56,895 bases of DNA, from contig NC_068981.1 in the NCBI RefSeq assembly GCF_001194135.2, positions 44,406,478-44,463,372 of the forward strand, written 5' to 3'. Both the position numbers and the translations under genes were made by a program. Of the stretch, positions 40,553 to 53,058 are shown piece after piece. Below the pieces are notes generated by a model. The model was not told where the DNA came from. It was given only the letters and a program-made list of their open reading frames with translations, and ran no database searches. The stretch's first letter is position 1. The number at the start of each line of letters is the position of its first letter. Source of the stretch: Octopus bimaculoides. Its lineage: Eukaryota.

Positions 40553-41585
40553 TATCAGCCAAATTTTCAAACGTTTTTTCCTTTGCCATTCATTTCACCT
40601 TCTTTGCAACAACAGGTGACTCACCTCCATCATGCAACTTGGGTATTATACATGTTCTCACTAGTAAACCCTTTGGTCTTCTTCATGCCAGAATGAAGCT
40701 TCTTACGTTTTTCGTGGTTTTCAACAAATTTTAGCATCCAGTCGTTAGGTGTTCCAAGACATGTGGTCAGTTCAGTTCTGGTGGTTTTGTAAGACATTTC
40801 AAATTGGATCAAGCCTCAACTTCCTTCGCCTCTGGGAAGATAAAGATGATCTGCGTCTGCCTTTGGGTGGTGCAGTTTATGGCAAGTCAGCAGCTTACGG
40901 ATTTTCCTGTTAATCTTCCTTATTTCGCTAATATTCCAATTCAACACATTGAAACTATAAAAAATTGCAACTACTAAGGAATTTATGGCTAACACCTACC
41001 TATTCTCGTACTTTAACTCAGATTTCAGATCTGCTCGAACTCTTCTGTAACATTCCATCCTGATCCTATCTTTCATGCTTACATGCTGAATGCCAAAGCC
41101 CTTATTTATTCCGAAGTATTTGTGTGTTCTTTCTCAAGTTGTTTTATGACTGTCGACATCTAACACCACTGAATGTGAGGTGTTCGGTTTCCTTTTCTGG
41201 AAAGTTGCCTTGGCACATTTATCATGAACAAATTCCATCCCGATGTCGTCACTGCAAGCTTTCACAATACGTAGTAGATGTTTAAGCACATTATCCTTTT
41301 TGCCCTAGCGTTCACAGTCATCCATGTCGTTAATTTTATACCAATATCCTGTATCGTTAATTTCACTATGTAAAAAATAGTAGTAAAAGTGAGTCACCTT
41401 GGAAATAGCCACAGTTGATATTACTATTATTTGTAACCCTCATTCCATTAGAATAGTATAACTGAATACACGTATTCCACAATGACATGTTGTACTTCAG
41501 GTACTTCAGAATTACAGGAGAAATTTTTGAAAATACCCTGCAATTTAAAGAGCCATGAATGCTGTATTCTTTCAAAGACTGTCCA
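40553..41585 (-). mobile_element. RLE-type LINE RT fragment (second family)
   Basis: FSKISPVILKYLKYNMSLWNT...NINCGYFQGDSL, MEFVHDKCAKATF, YKYFGINKG, LIQFEMSYKTT. Confidence 0.85.
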
Positions 41586-43020
41586 ATTGAAAGATTCCTC
41601 TTTTGATATTTACCTCTCCCAGCTAATCACCCATGCTGTGAGTTCAGTTCGTCACGTTGTCATTGAATATTCTGTAAGACCTTAAGCAGTTTAAGGCATT
41701 CAATAATCCACGAGTGTGGGACCATGTCATATGCTTCCCTGTAGTCTACCCATGCCATCGCCAAATTTTTGTGTCTCCTCTTGCAGTAAGCCAAGATAGT
41801 CTTATCGGTTAGTAATTGATCTTCCGTTCCTCTGCTCTTACGTCTACGCCCTATTTGTTACTCTTGTAGTTGGTCGTTCTCATCTAACTACTTATAGATG
41901 CTGTTTGATATGATGACTATAATCAGTTTCCACATCAGTGGCAAACAAGATATTGGTCAGAAATTTCCAACCACATTCCCTTTACTTGGGTCATTCCGAC
42001 ATAGTACCTTTTTTCTTTTTGTCATCCAGGCCGGTACTTGAATATCACTACTCGGTATTTCGTCCATCTGTCTCGCAAGTCACCTGTGCAGAGCTGTCAG
42101 GTTTTTAGTCCAAAAGCTCTGAACTCCACTTGGGCTAGGCACTGTCTAGTTAAGAATTTTTCCTGCACTGATCTTTAATCATCTCCTCGGTTATTCTTGT
42201 TTCAGTTTCGTGTTGTTTCTCCTGAGACCATATGTTTGACCAGAATCTTTAGCTTTCTTCAGTGTCTGGCACGGCTTTTCCACCTTATTCTTTCCCATCC
42301 AGTTCCGGATAGACTAGTTTCTTATTTTAAGTCTTTTTAATCTGTAATGCTCAATTCTCTGTTCGTATATCTTTAGTTTATGTGCTTTAGCTCTCAACCT
42401 CTGTTTTAAGTCCGCAATCACAACATTGATTCCCTTTCTCTTCACCCTATACTTCCTCTCTAGCTCAACATATTTCTCTTGCTGGACTTCGTTTCTTTGT
42501 TTCGGTTTGAGAATATTAATATGTTTTCGGTCTAGTTAATAGACTGAATTATTTTCCTTTTCCACCATGGTTCCCTCAGGTGATATTGACATTTACCTTT
42601 GACTTTTAAACCTAACTTCCGGAATATAAAGATCGAGATGGCATTTATCAGATAGTTGGTGTCTGTGATGTTGTCAGTCGTGATATCACCAGTGATATCA
42701 TTTATCTTCCTGACCCTTTCATTGAGTTTCTTTCTGTCTACTTTCTAAAATCCCTTATGAAAGCTCTGTTCACCACAGGTCCAAATACCAATGATTTCAT
42801 TTAAGATAGATATCTGTTCCTCGGTTCTCTCATCGCTTCCCTTTAATTTTACTGCCATAGTTTCACTATCTGGATTCTCTTCCTTCTCCTTTCGTTCATC
42901 GCTAGTCCCTAGGCACCTGTCTCTTAATGCTTTCTAGTTTAACTGGAGATAACCATTCATTCCTTCTGATGGCTCTAGTTTGGTCACACAGATCTCGCTC
43001 CATGCTCTGTGCATTCTTTT
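41586..43020 (-). mobile_element. RLE-type LINE fragment, N-terminal to RT
   Basis: [73 protein letters not shown]. Confidence 0.85.
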
Positions 43021-43099
43021 CCTACATCCCCTAGCGGGCACTTAATTATCAATTCTCGGATTACCCAGAAAGTAGCACTCCATTACAGCCACATTCATT

Positions 43100-44870
43100 T
43101 CTATCGTCCACCTTCATTTAGCAGTTGCTTGATGACAACTGGGCCCACGCTGCTCTCCCGTGGGACACAACCCCCACATGATAAATTACATCATAGACAG
43201 GGTTGGCAATGAAGCTGGTATGGGTGGGGCTCGGATCATGTTAGATCAATCTAAAGTCTTTAATAAGGTCAACCATCAATATTTGCCAGCTGTCCTCAAA
43301 GCAGCCGGATTCGGTCCACTTTTCCGCGCTTGGATCGCTGCTTTGTATAACGGAATCTGCTCGGTTGTTCGGTTGAATGGTCACCTTTCCGAACCATTCA
43401 ACGTCTTGCGTTCGGTCCGTCAAGGGTGCCCTCTCTCCTCAATTCTGTATGCACTGACTCTTCAGATGTTACTACGTAAGTTAGGGGGTTTGAGGGGTTT
43501 CCCGTGTAATCTAGGATGTGGGGGAAGTATGTCTGCTTACGCTGATGATGTCACTGTCATAGAGTCGTGTCACAGGCATGTAGACCTGATTGGCCACACA
43601 CAACAAGAATATTAAGCAGTGACCCGAGCAAAAATTAACGCAGTAAAGTCAGTGGGCTTGGAACTCGGCACTTGGAGAGGCAAGTTTATGCAGTCCAACA
43701 GAAACGTCAAGCATTGGAGAGAGGGTCCGGTTAAATTGCTCTGAATCTAGTTTGTTTCAGACCTGCAGGTGCAGAAAAATTGGAACGAGATGACGAGTAG
43801 GGTAGCCAATCTCACCCAGAAATGGTCCGAGAGGAAGCTGTCCTGGAAAGGGTGAGCCTATGTGGCGTATGCGTACATCGCATCCGTCAACTATTATCGC
43901 TTGACCGTCCTCCCCTCCTCTGCTTCGTGGTTGACCAAGCGGGTGAGTTTACCCTTCCACTCTCTGTGGAAGGGGCACGTTCTACTGGTAAGGAGCTACA
44001 TTTGCTGTCAATAGCAGCTGAATAGAAAGCTGGACATGCCGTGGTTGCTGATGCGCAGACATTCGCTCAGGCTACCGCATCGCCTGCGTTTCGAGCAGGT
44101 GTGGTCACCGTTTGTCAGACTCACGTTTCCACAGCTCATCTCTTTGACTGACCTGCAGTCCTGGATTAGACGTAGACCGACATGGGGCGCTTGGCACTGC
44201 CGTCAATCACTCACAGCCCTCCACCAGTCGGTGGGAGTTCCACTCTAGCGTTCTATAGAGGACTAGTGAAGGGCAAGTGCGACGACGTTCTTAAGGAAAC
44301 TCTGGGCGTCGATGCGGATGAACTAACCAGTCTGATTCGGAGAACTTTCGGGTCGGGCCTATGGATAACTTACAGAAATCTCTTTCTGGTAGTGCTACCG
44401 AGAGGCGCTGCCTGTTCGACACGTAGGTGCCGTTACCCGGGCCCGCTCGAGGTGTGCGCAGAGCGATGAAACTGTTCTGCACGTCTTCGTTACAGTGCCT
44501 AAGTACTGCTGTCCTGTTCATTTATGTCAAACACCTGCTGTCACGTGTAGGACGGATCCGGCTATCAGCTTAATCCATAGTGAAGGTTGCTTCACCGTCC
44601 TCCTTTGGTACGGAGGGGCAGGCAGTTTTTATCTGTCTGGTTTATGTTGCAAAAGAGGTAGTATGGTGGACTCGTCTGAAAGGGCTAAAGTCAGTCACTT
44701 TCCTATTTGGCCAAGCCCTCATCAACCTTTCAAGTTTCGCTTGGAAAGGAAGTTGAGGGTGGAGAGGTAAGTATTACCTTCTAGTAAGTTTTAGGATTCT
44801 AGCAGAATATAGGACGGTAAGGTTCTGCATGTCGACCATGCAAGTTTCAATTCCAAACACTTTCTATCTT
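43100..44870 (+). mobile_element. Tx1-like (L1 group) LINE, decayed ORF2 RT and C-terminus
   Basis: ORF 43160-43615: LDQSKVFNKVNHQYL...RSVRQGCPLSSILYAL...SAYADDVTV. Downstream frames are frameshifted. Confidence 0.88.
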
Positions 44871-46614
44871 GTAGGTAGCATCGTGTGCATACATTACTAA
44901 ATAAATAATTGTCGTCTTGGTCTTCCACAGTCTCCTCAGCTCTCTGAGTGTCAAATATAACGTAGCAGATAAAGTTCATAATCTAATTCTTCAGCATCAG
45001 TTATTTAAGGATCATTGAATGATCGAAGTGTCGCAGTAGGAAACTTGCATCTAATAAAAAGCCACCAACTAAAAGCCGACTGATTGCTGTAGGGCTCCTC
45101 ATATCGTTCGAAGAAATCTCAAATGGGGACATATATGCAAAGTAAATGCAATGGTTTTTGATTTAATGAAAGATCTCTGAGAAGACAGAACTGCCTCTGA
45201 GTGACGAGTCTCATCTTGAAAATGACAGAAAGAAGTAAATAAACATTAGCTTCATTCAATACGAAGCTGCACAAATTGATACGCTTCAGCAGTAGAAAAA
45301 TCTGCAATACAAACGGTTTTCCTTATTTATATTGTAACTATTGGAATAGGGATGTGCGCATGGATATCTAGAAAATGTTTGCGTTAAATCACGTTAATAA
45401 TATATATATTTAAAAAAGAAAGTTCTGGAACTAGGCACAGTGACAAAGCATGATTCGAAGGATAGGACATTAAATGTTATGATTAACACATCTAGAAAAT
45501 AAACTTTATTCGACAAAATATATAAATACATACATTAAAGTCTATAATCTAACTTACTGTCTTAGGTGCAGATTTATATTTTTATGTTTAATGACCTCGA
45601 AGTGTAATTTAGCAGCCAAAACTTATAGTAACTTATTAAAGAAAGCATGAACATTTAGTTTCAGAGTTTGTAGGTGCGCACATTAAAATCTGCTTTGTGT
45701 TAACATTCCTGTTTTAGTTAATTCATCTGATTAATGCTGAAAAATGTTATTAATTCATCACAGGCGGAACGAACTTCTGATCATAGGATGCGACGCTCGA
45801 GCTTTGTAGCAGTGTTATCAGTGTCTTTTATGTTCGGCTGCTCCTATAGTTTATATTTTATCGTTAACATTTCATTGTGGAAAAATACGTATAAAATCCT
45901 AAATTGAAATCTGGAAACGTGAAACATATGATAATATTTGAGAAGATCAATGGCAACATTTCTCTAAAGGAAAGATTGAGGAAATATGGCAAATTGTAGA
46001 ACAATAACCAGACTAGGAATTTGATATGTTTAGGGAAAATGTAATAACTAGTTGTATGTTATTGGTTTCTAGTGATCTTCATGTGATATACGAATTAAAT
46101 TCTGGTATATCGAAAATTCGTTTCTGAAAATTGGATTCATATTCAAATAACATTTTTCCCGTCAATTATCTCAGAACTGTGAAATATGATATAATTCTGA
46201 AAAGCTGAAAGGCTAAGTTACCTTTCGATAATGCGATATTACACTCGAGTATTAAAACAAATGTTATTCTACAAATCAGAGTCTATTTTCTATATGCAGA
46301 TTTCATGCATAGCATATTCACATATAGCTCTAACACACACAAACAGGAACTCACACACATGTTGAGAAAGTTGCATTCACATACAGGCATAAATGTTAGT
46401 ACAGATACGTGTGTGGTCAAATAGAAAATTGTGGGTAGGTTTATTTGTTTATTCTGCTATTCCTTTTATATGCTGAAAATTATTACGAGATACAAGCAGA
46501 GCGATAATCCAAGGGTAAAATATAGTGGATGCTAGGAACATTACCGTGCCACTTATTCACATTCCCAGTAACTTATTAACATAAGACGCTGGTATATATT
46601 TTTTTAATTTTTTT

Positions 46615-46660
46615 GTATCTAGTTTCAGCTCATGAGCTGTGGCCATGCTGGGGCAGCGCC
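46615..46660 (-). mobile_element. SINE 3' tail fragment
   Basis: gtttcagctcatgagctgtggccatgctggggcagcgcc is a reverse-complement variant of the SINE tail. Confidence 0.55.
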
Positions 46661-46688
46661 ATTTATACACACACACACATACACACAG

Positions 46689-46733
<45 letters not shown>

Positions 46734-46734
<1 letters not shown>

Positions 46735-47055
46735 GACGACAGTTAAAACAGGAATATTTATGGTGAATCTCTGCTTCTTTCTCTTTCTCTTTCACTTTCA
46801 CTTCCTCTCTCTCTCTCTCTNNNNNNNNNNNNNNNNNNNNNNNNNNNNNNNNNNNNNNNNNNNNNNNNNNNNNNNNNNNNNNNNNNNNNNNNNNNNNNNN
46901 NNNNNNNNNNNNNNNNNNNNNNNNNNNNNNNNNNNNNNNNNNNNNNNNNNNNNNNNNNNNNNNNNNNNNNNNNNNNNNNNNNNNNNNNNNNNNNNNNNNN
47001 NNNNNNNNNNNNNNNNNNNNNNNNNNNNNNNNNNNNNNNNNNNNNNNNNNNNNNN

Positions 47056-47095
<40 letters not shown>

Positions 47096-47163
47096 GTGAA
47101 AGTGAAAGAGAAAGTGAAAGAAGGAGAGATTCACCATAAATATTCCTGTTTTAACCGTCGTCA
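46734..47163. repeat. Long inverted repeat (73 bp, 3 mismatches) continuing into (CT)n/(GA)n around a gap
   Basis: 46734-46806 versus the reverse complement of 47091-47163. The ORF track shows near-identical MTTVKTGIFMVNL peptides on both strands. Confidence 0.9.
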
Positions 47164-47901
47164 AACTTTTCTACTTTTCTATCAAAAGTGTCATTATTAC
47201 ATTGCGAATAATATCGAAATGTGGCGTTCATGGTTTATTTACCATCGTTAATTATATGAAATGTAGAAGACTTAGAACTTAATTAAATAGTCCTCCCGGG
47301 TGTTTGACGTGTTAATGTCAGACCTTCGCTCCAATAGCAATTATTTTTACAGTCTATTTACTTCATAAATTTGTAGCATTATATGCTATTCTTAGAAACC
47401 CAACATATATGTTAATGACACTTCAAAAGGCAGACACTGAGAAAGCAATTAGGGATCTGTGTATGCAGAAGCTCATAACTGTGAATAAATCCACATGCCA
47501 TCAGTGGAATAGGTTGTCGATGTTTGATAAGTAATATATCGTTCGGGAGAACAAAGAATCCATCTGTTGAAAAATCTATTGCTTTAGACGAAGCGTCGGT
47601 CTTGAAACATATTCTCCTCCTTATTCTTTCCAAGACATATTCTTTCGAAGACATGAAGGTATTAGAGCTCGACATTTATTTTCTATGTTGTAACCACAGT
47701 GAAATTAATAATACTAAATCCGTGTTGTATTCTCACCTGACACTTTCCTCCAGTTTATATGATTCTCTAAAATTTAATGCTATAAATTTTTCTTCCTACC
47801 AAATTATTTGCAATAAATAGCAGTACATCGTTCTTATAATCACGAAAAAATATTTGAATAACTATTCTCCAGTGTCTGTTGGGGCACTAACACTATAGAA
47901 T

Positions 47902-48120
47902 CAGGACTAGGGAACTAAAATTTGAAACCTCTGTTACTGTTTGAAATAAGCAGCTCCGAAAATGCTGACTCGAAATTCAATCAAAAAACGAATACAGACA
48001 TGAAGAAGCAGGATTAGGGAAAGTAACAAAAGTTTGAAAATTACTTCGCTGTTTGAAATAATCAGTTCCGAAAATACTGACGCGAAATTCAGCCAAAAAA
48101 CGAATTCAGATCTAAAATCG
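47902..48120. repeat. Diverged ~107-112 bp tandem duplication
   Basis: ctgtttgaaataagcagctccgaaaatgctgactcgaaattcaatcaaaaaacgaat versus ctgtttgaaataatcagttccgaaaatactgacgcgaaattcagccaaaaaacgaat. Confidence 0.85.
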
Positions 48121-49675
48121 TGTCTTTGTAAAAAGTCTGATGGTGATACTTTCAAGTAATTGCTAATTTTCAGTCAATCTCTCCGAACCATTCTGCCACA
48201 CACGTCGGATAGCAATGTGTCTAGCCGTTTTATTATCATAAGTGCAATGTACCCTGGTGATAATTAGAAGTTCAAATTATGAATTTCTTACCATGAGTAA
48301 TATGTAGCTCGGTTAAATTTTGGATACCGACAATTGAGGATATGTCAGTGTTTTAACCTTGACAATTCCTTTGGATTTTAGCTTCAGTGCAAGCTCTAGG
48401 GTTGAGGTGATCGTGTTAATAGTGACATGCAATCAGAAATCTACATTTCCTAACAATTTAAATGTCCAGGAATGAATAAGGAATATAAGAAATATATACT
48501 TGATTCATAAATTAGTTTCAGAGTGATGGAAAATGATGGAAACTTCATGCATGTGTATCAGGTTGATGATTTCTCAAATCTGGGCGGAATATGTCTGTGA
48601 CTATTGCAATTTATCAGCTATAAGACGGATCCTAAAACTATTACCTTGCCTTTACTATACCAAATCTTTTCTGAAATAGCTTCCAGATTTTAGCAATGAT
48701 TGAGAATAGCAAATACCTGAATTATCTGTAAAATATATACGAAAGCAAAGAAAAAAAAAACGAAATAAAGAAATAATCATTAACAAAACAGCTTTATCAC
48801 TATTTCCCCCCTTTTTCTATTGATTTAGTTCCGCGTTCAGTATAAACTATATGATTCAAGTCTGAGAATTTAACATCATTTTCTGACAGAGAATTTAATT
48901 ATAAGTTACGGTCACAATATCAAAAACTTGCTGCTGACATCTCTCGACTTTGGTTCAGTTAAGTGTTTTATTCTCTAAATTGCCAAATTTAGAGTAAAGA
49001 CTGCCAAATGTTTTAATGCAAGTACTAAAATAGAAGTCCAACTTCATTATCATTTACTGATTTATTTTTTATTTCATACATCACTTATTTTATATCATTA
49101 TATTTTTGTGTTTTTTAAACATTTTCACGATCTTTCTCTCTGTCCCTTCTTTCACTGTTTTTCTTCTTTCCCTATACAAAAATGCGAACGTGCGCACACA
49201 CGTACACAGAAATGTGTGCGTATGTGTCTTATATAAGTGTGTTAGGATTTGTATTGCAAGCGCATATGTACAGTATTGACTATTGTTGACGGATAAGGAA
49301 AATGTACTTAGCAACCAATCAAATTCCATTGTTTTGGGTATAAATGCCATTACAACGGAGGAGAATCAGAGGAAGTTGTCTCCTAATTAGAATCTTAATG
49401 CGGATTCAGAGTGTTAATTTTAAGACCCAGGGTTAAACCAATCTAATGCAAAAAAAGCCAAAAACAGAATTTGAAATGGTTCGGTTCTAATGTTATCGAC
49501 CTTAACGTGATATGAATTATGTCGTCTACCATCTAAATCACAATTAAGAAAACCAATAAAATTCCACCAATCACTTCCTAGCTTCGGGCTCATCAACGCT
49601 ATAATCAAATCCAACGCATTATAACACACGCACACACGCGCACATATACATACACGCACACACACGCACATATAC

Positions 49676-49728
<53 letters not shown>

Positions 49729-50417
49729 NNNNNNNNNNNNNNNNNNNNNNNNNNNNNNNNNNNNNNNNNNNNNNNNNNNNNNNNNNNNNNNNNNNNNNNN
49801 NNNNNNNNNNNNNNNNNNNNNNNNNNNNNNNNNNNNNNNNNNNNNNNNNNNNNNNNNNNNNNNNNNNNNNNNNNNNNNNNNNNNNNNNNNNNNNNNNNNN
49901 NNNNNNNNNNNNNNNNNNNNNNNNNNNNNNNNNNNNNNNNNNNNNNNNNNNNNNNNNNNNNNNNNNNNNNNNNNNNNNNNNNNNNNNNNNNNNNNNNNNN
50001 NNNNNNNNNNNNNNNNNNNNNNNNNNNNNNNNNNNNNNNNNNNNNNNNNNNNNNNNNNNNNNNNNNNNNNNNNNNNNNNNNNNNNNNNNNNNNNNNNNNN
50101 NNNNNNNNNNNNNNNNNNNNNNNNNNNNNNNNNNNNNNNNNNNNNNNNNNNNNNNNNNNNNNNNNNNNNNNNNNNNNNNNNNNNNNNNNNNNNNNNNNNN
50201 NNNNNNNNNNNNNNNNNNNNNNNNNNNNNNNNNNNNNNNNNNNNNNNNNNNNNNNNNNNNNNNNNNNNNNNNNNNNNNNNNNNNNNNNNNNNNNNNNNNN
50301 NNNNNNNNNNNNNNNNNNNNNNNNNNNNNNNNNNNNNNNNNNNNNNNNNNNNNNNTATATATATATATATATATACATATATACGTACATACATATATAC
50401 ATACATGTATTCTTTAA

Positions 50418-50550
50418 TTCTTTTATTCTGTTACGTGCTTCAGTCATTTGACTGCGCCCAAGCTGGAGCACCACGTGTAGTTGAACAAATCGATCCCAGG
50501 ACTTATTTGTTGTAAGCCTAGTACTTATTCTATCGGATTCTTTTGTGTCA
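50418..50550 (-). mobile_element. SINE 3' half
   Basis: Reverse complement aligns to 53349-53462 at roughly 80% identity by eye. Confidence 0.85.
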
Positions 50551-50554
50551 CTAT

Positions 50555-50870
50555 TAGAATGTAGGACTGGAGAATGAGGGAAAGAACTGACGCTTGCATA
50601 CTGCGTTAGATGTGCAATGTACACATGAATAATGAGCTACAAAATCGGCTAAATAACTCCCAGGTGTTAGTATAAGAAATAATACTGTGCTGGTATGAAC
50701 AGGTAATGCATATGGATGACGATATCTATATAAACAAGTGCAACCCCTGAATTTGGATGGGATCTGCGGGAGAAAGAGAGTCAGACAGACATGTGACGAA
50801 GTAGTGGAAGCTAATCTGTGAAAGACCGGAATGACTGGCGATATGCGGTTTTCTAGAAGATCCAATCACT
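50555..50870 (+). mobile_element. RTE-clade LINE 3' end
   Basis: LCWYEQVMHMDDDIYINKCNPLNLDG.CG...RQTCDEVV...DRNDWRYAV resembles the RTE terminal motif LRWYGHVMRM...C.RGRPRKTW.EVV...DR..WR. Confidence 0.75.
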
Positions 50871-51230
50871 GCGGTGAATGTGAAATTCAGGGAGCAAAAT
50901 ATGTATATATACGCACAGCTGCCTCCAATCCATCACCTCTCTAGCTGAAGTGTTCTCCTGATGTAATAAAGTACGAGAAGTGCATACTTCACAAAATTTC
51001 TCTTGATGACTCTTGTCCTCTCTAATTTGTAAATTTTGTCTAATGGTTACTCAGCATGCATAGATGAAGCAGTTTTGTGTGAATTTAAAGCAAACTAATT
51101 TTTTTTGTTCGACTATTTATTTTTAACTATAATTATTGATGCAGTCTGGCAGCCGTTATGTATCATGAAATTTTAGTTTAAATGGTTACTTTGACGTTAG
51201 ATTTATTTATGTTTAGGTCCAAAGTCCGAA

Positions 51231-51342
51231 AACCAAATTTATGAAGCCAAATTTACGAAACCATATTTTTATGAAACTAAATTTACGAATCTATATTTAT
51301 GAAAAGTTTATGAAACCAAATTTCTGAATCGAAATTCCTAAA
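51231..51342. repeat. Degenerate ~13-bp minisatellite (GAAACCAAATTTAT-like)
   Basis: About 8 imperfect units read directly. Confidence 0.8.
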
Positions 51343-52534
51343 CTATATATATTTTACTTTCGTTAATAACATTAAAAAAAANNNNNNNNNNNNNNNNNNN
51401 NNNNNNNNNNNNNNNNNNNNNNNNNNNNNNNNNNNNNNNNNNNNNNNNNNNNNNNNNNNNNNNNNNNNNNNNNNNNNNNNNNNNNNNNNNNNNNNNNNNN
51501 NNNNNNNNNNNNNNNNNNNNNNNNNNNNNNNNNNNNNNNNNNNNNNNNNNNNNNNNNNNNNNNNNNNNNNNNNNNNNNNNNNNNNNNNNNNNNNNNNNTA
51601 TATATATATATATATATGTATATTATTAATAAATATAGAAACAGAATGTAGTGTCTCAAATGTATGCAAGTACTTTGATTTGAATGTGTGGCACTCATCT
51701 TAGTGTTTAGTGATTGTTTGTTAAATTAAAAATATAATTCTTCCATATAGAAAACTTATTGGTTTATTAATGCCATTAATGATACATAAAGCACGTTTCT
51801 CAACGTAAGCGCATTAGACATGCAATAATTTTCGAATCACAGTGTACAAGATCAATTACTAACCAAAATTAATATGAAATTTTAATTCAATCAAAATAGG
51901 ATAGCAATAGTACTACTGAACTATTATAATTTGGCTTTGTTTAGGAACATCATATCAAATACCTGAACAATACAAAAATAATCCTAACTTCAAATATTTA
52001 ATCCAATCCCACGTCCATCTCATCTTTCTATATTTCTTCATTTTATCGCATCCTTTCATCACATATATGACCAAAACAACCTACTGTATTCATATATGAT
52101 AGATAACCAACTTGGCATCTTGAAGCTAAATTAATATATCACTTATTGTCAAAGCAGCCAGGAACTATAGAGTCCAAACTAAAACAATTAATTTAGTACC
52201 TCCCGGTAAATTAAATCTGCTGTTGCCAACATACAAGGCACATAATCACATATACTCATCAACTACATTATATGAGCTTAATCGACAAAACGCCTGATAC
52301 ACAAAGTTAAAAATGCTGCAGTACGTGTTAGAATTAATGTTTAATGTAAGAGAAATCTCGACTAAAATACCCAGCAATATTTAGTCGAATTTCTCATTAT
52401 TCTAGGAAATAATCCGAAAGAAAAACCAGTAACATGGCTACCGGTTATATATCACTACATGCGTGAATATGTAAAGCAGCTCAGTGTATCTATATGGGAT
52501 ACATATTCATATTTAAGGATGTTACTTCGTAACA

Positions 52535-52655
52535 ACTTGGAGACTGGTCCTGTTTCACTGCGAGACACTTTGGACGCATGTCTTCTACATTAGCCCAGGG
52601 GTGACCGATACCTTGTGCATAGATTTGGTAGAAGAAAATATGCAGAAACCCATAT
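52535..52655 (+). mobile_element. SINE 5' half (degenerate)
   Basis: cactgcg...tgtcttctac...gaccga...cttgtg...gatttggtaga matches 53120-53220. Confidence 0.7.
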
Positions 52656-53058
52656 GTGCGTGTGTGTTTGTGTGTGTATGTATGTGTGCTTGTTTGTTTA
52701 CATGCACCTATAAATGTACGTATGTGAATGCATGCGTGTAACTTTGCATTTGTGCTTGTCTCCAACTACTTACTAACCGTTCTTGTAAATTGTAAATTAA
52801 CAGTTCGGCAAAAGATGATTCTTTAAAATCACCAGAGGTGAAATAAACACAAGCGTAAAATTGATTGACGGAACACTTCAAAAGGCACTATAGAGTGGTC
52901 GTAGCCCAATGGCTGAGACAAGTACCATAACAAAGGAATGAAATAATATCCTAGCAACAATTTTGCAACTACAACGCTCCTACACTTATATGGCTTTGAG
53001 CCATTGTAAGAAATCAATTGTATGATACACAACACAATTTTAAATTTATGTACTTAAT

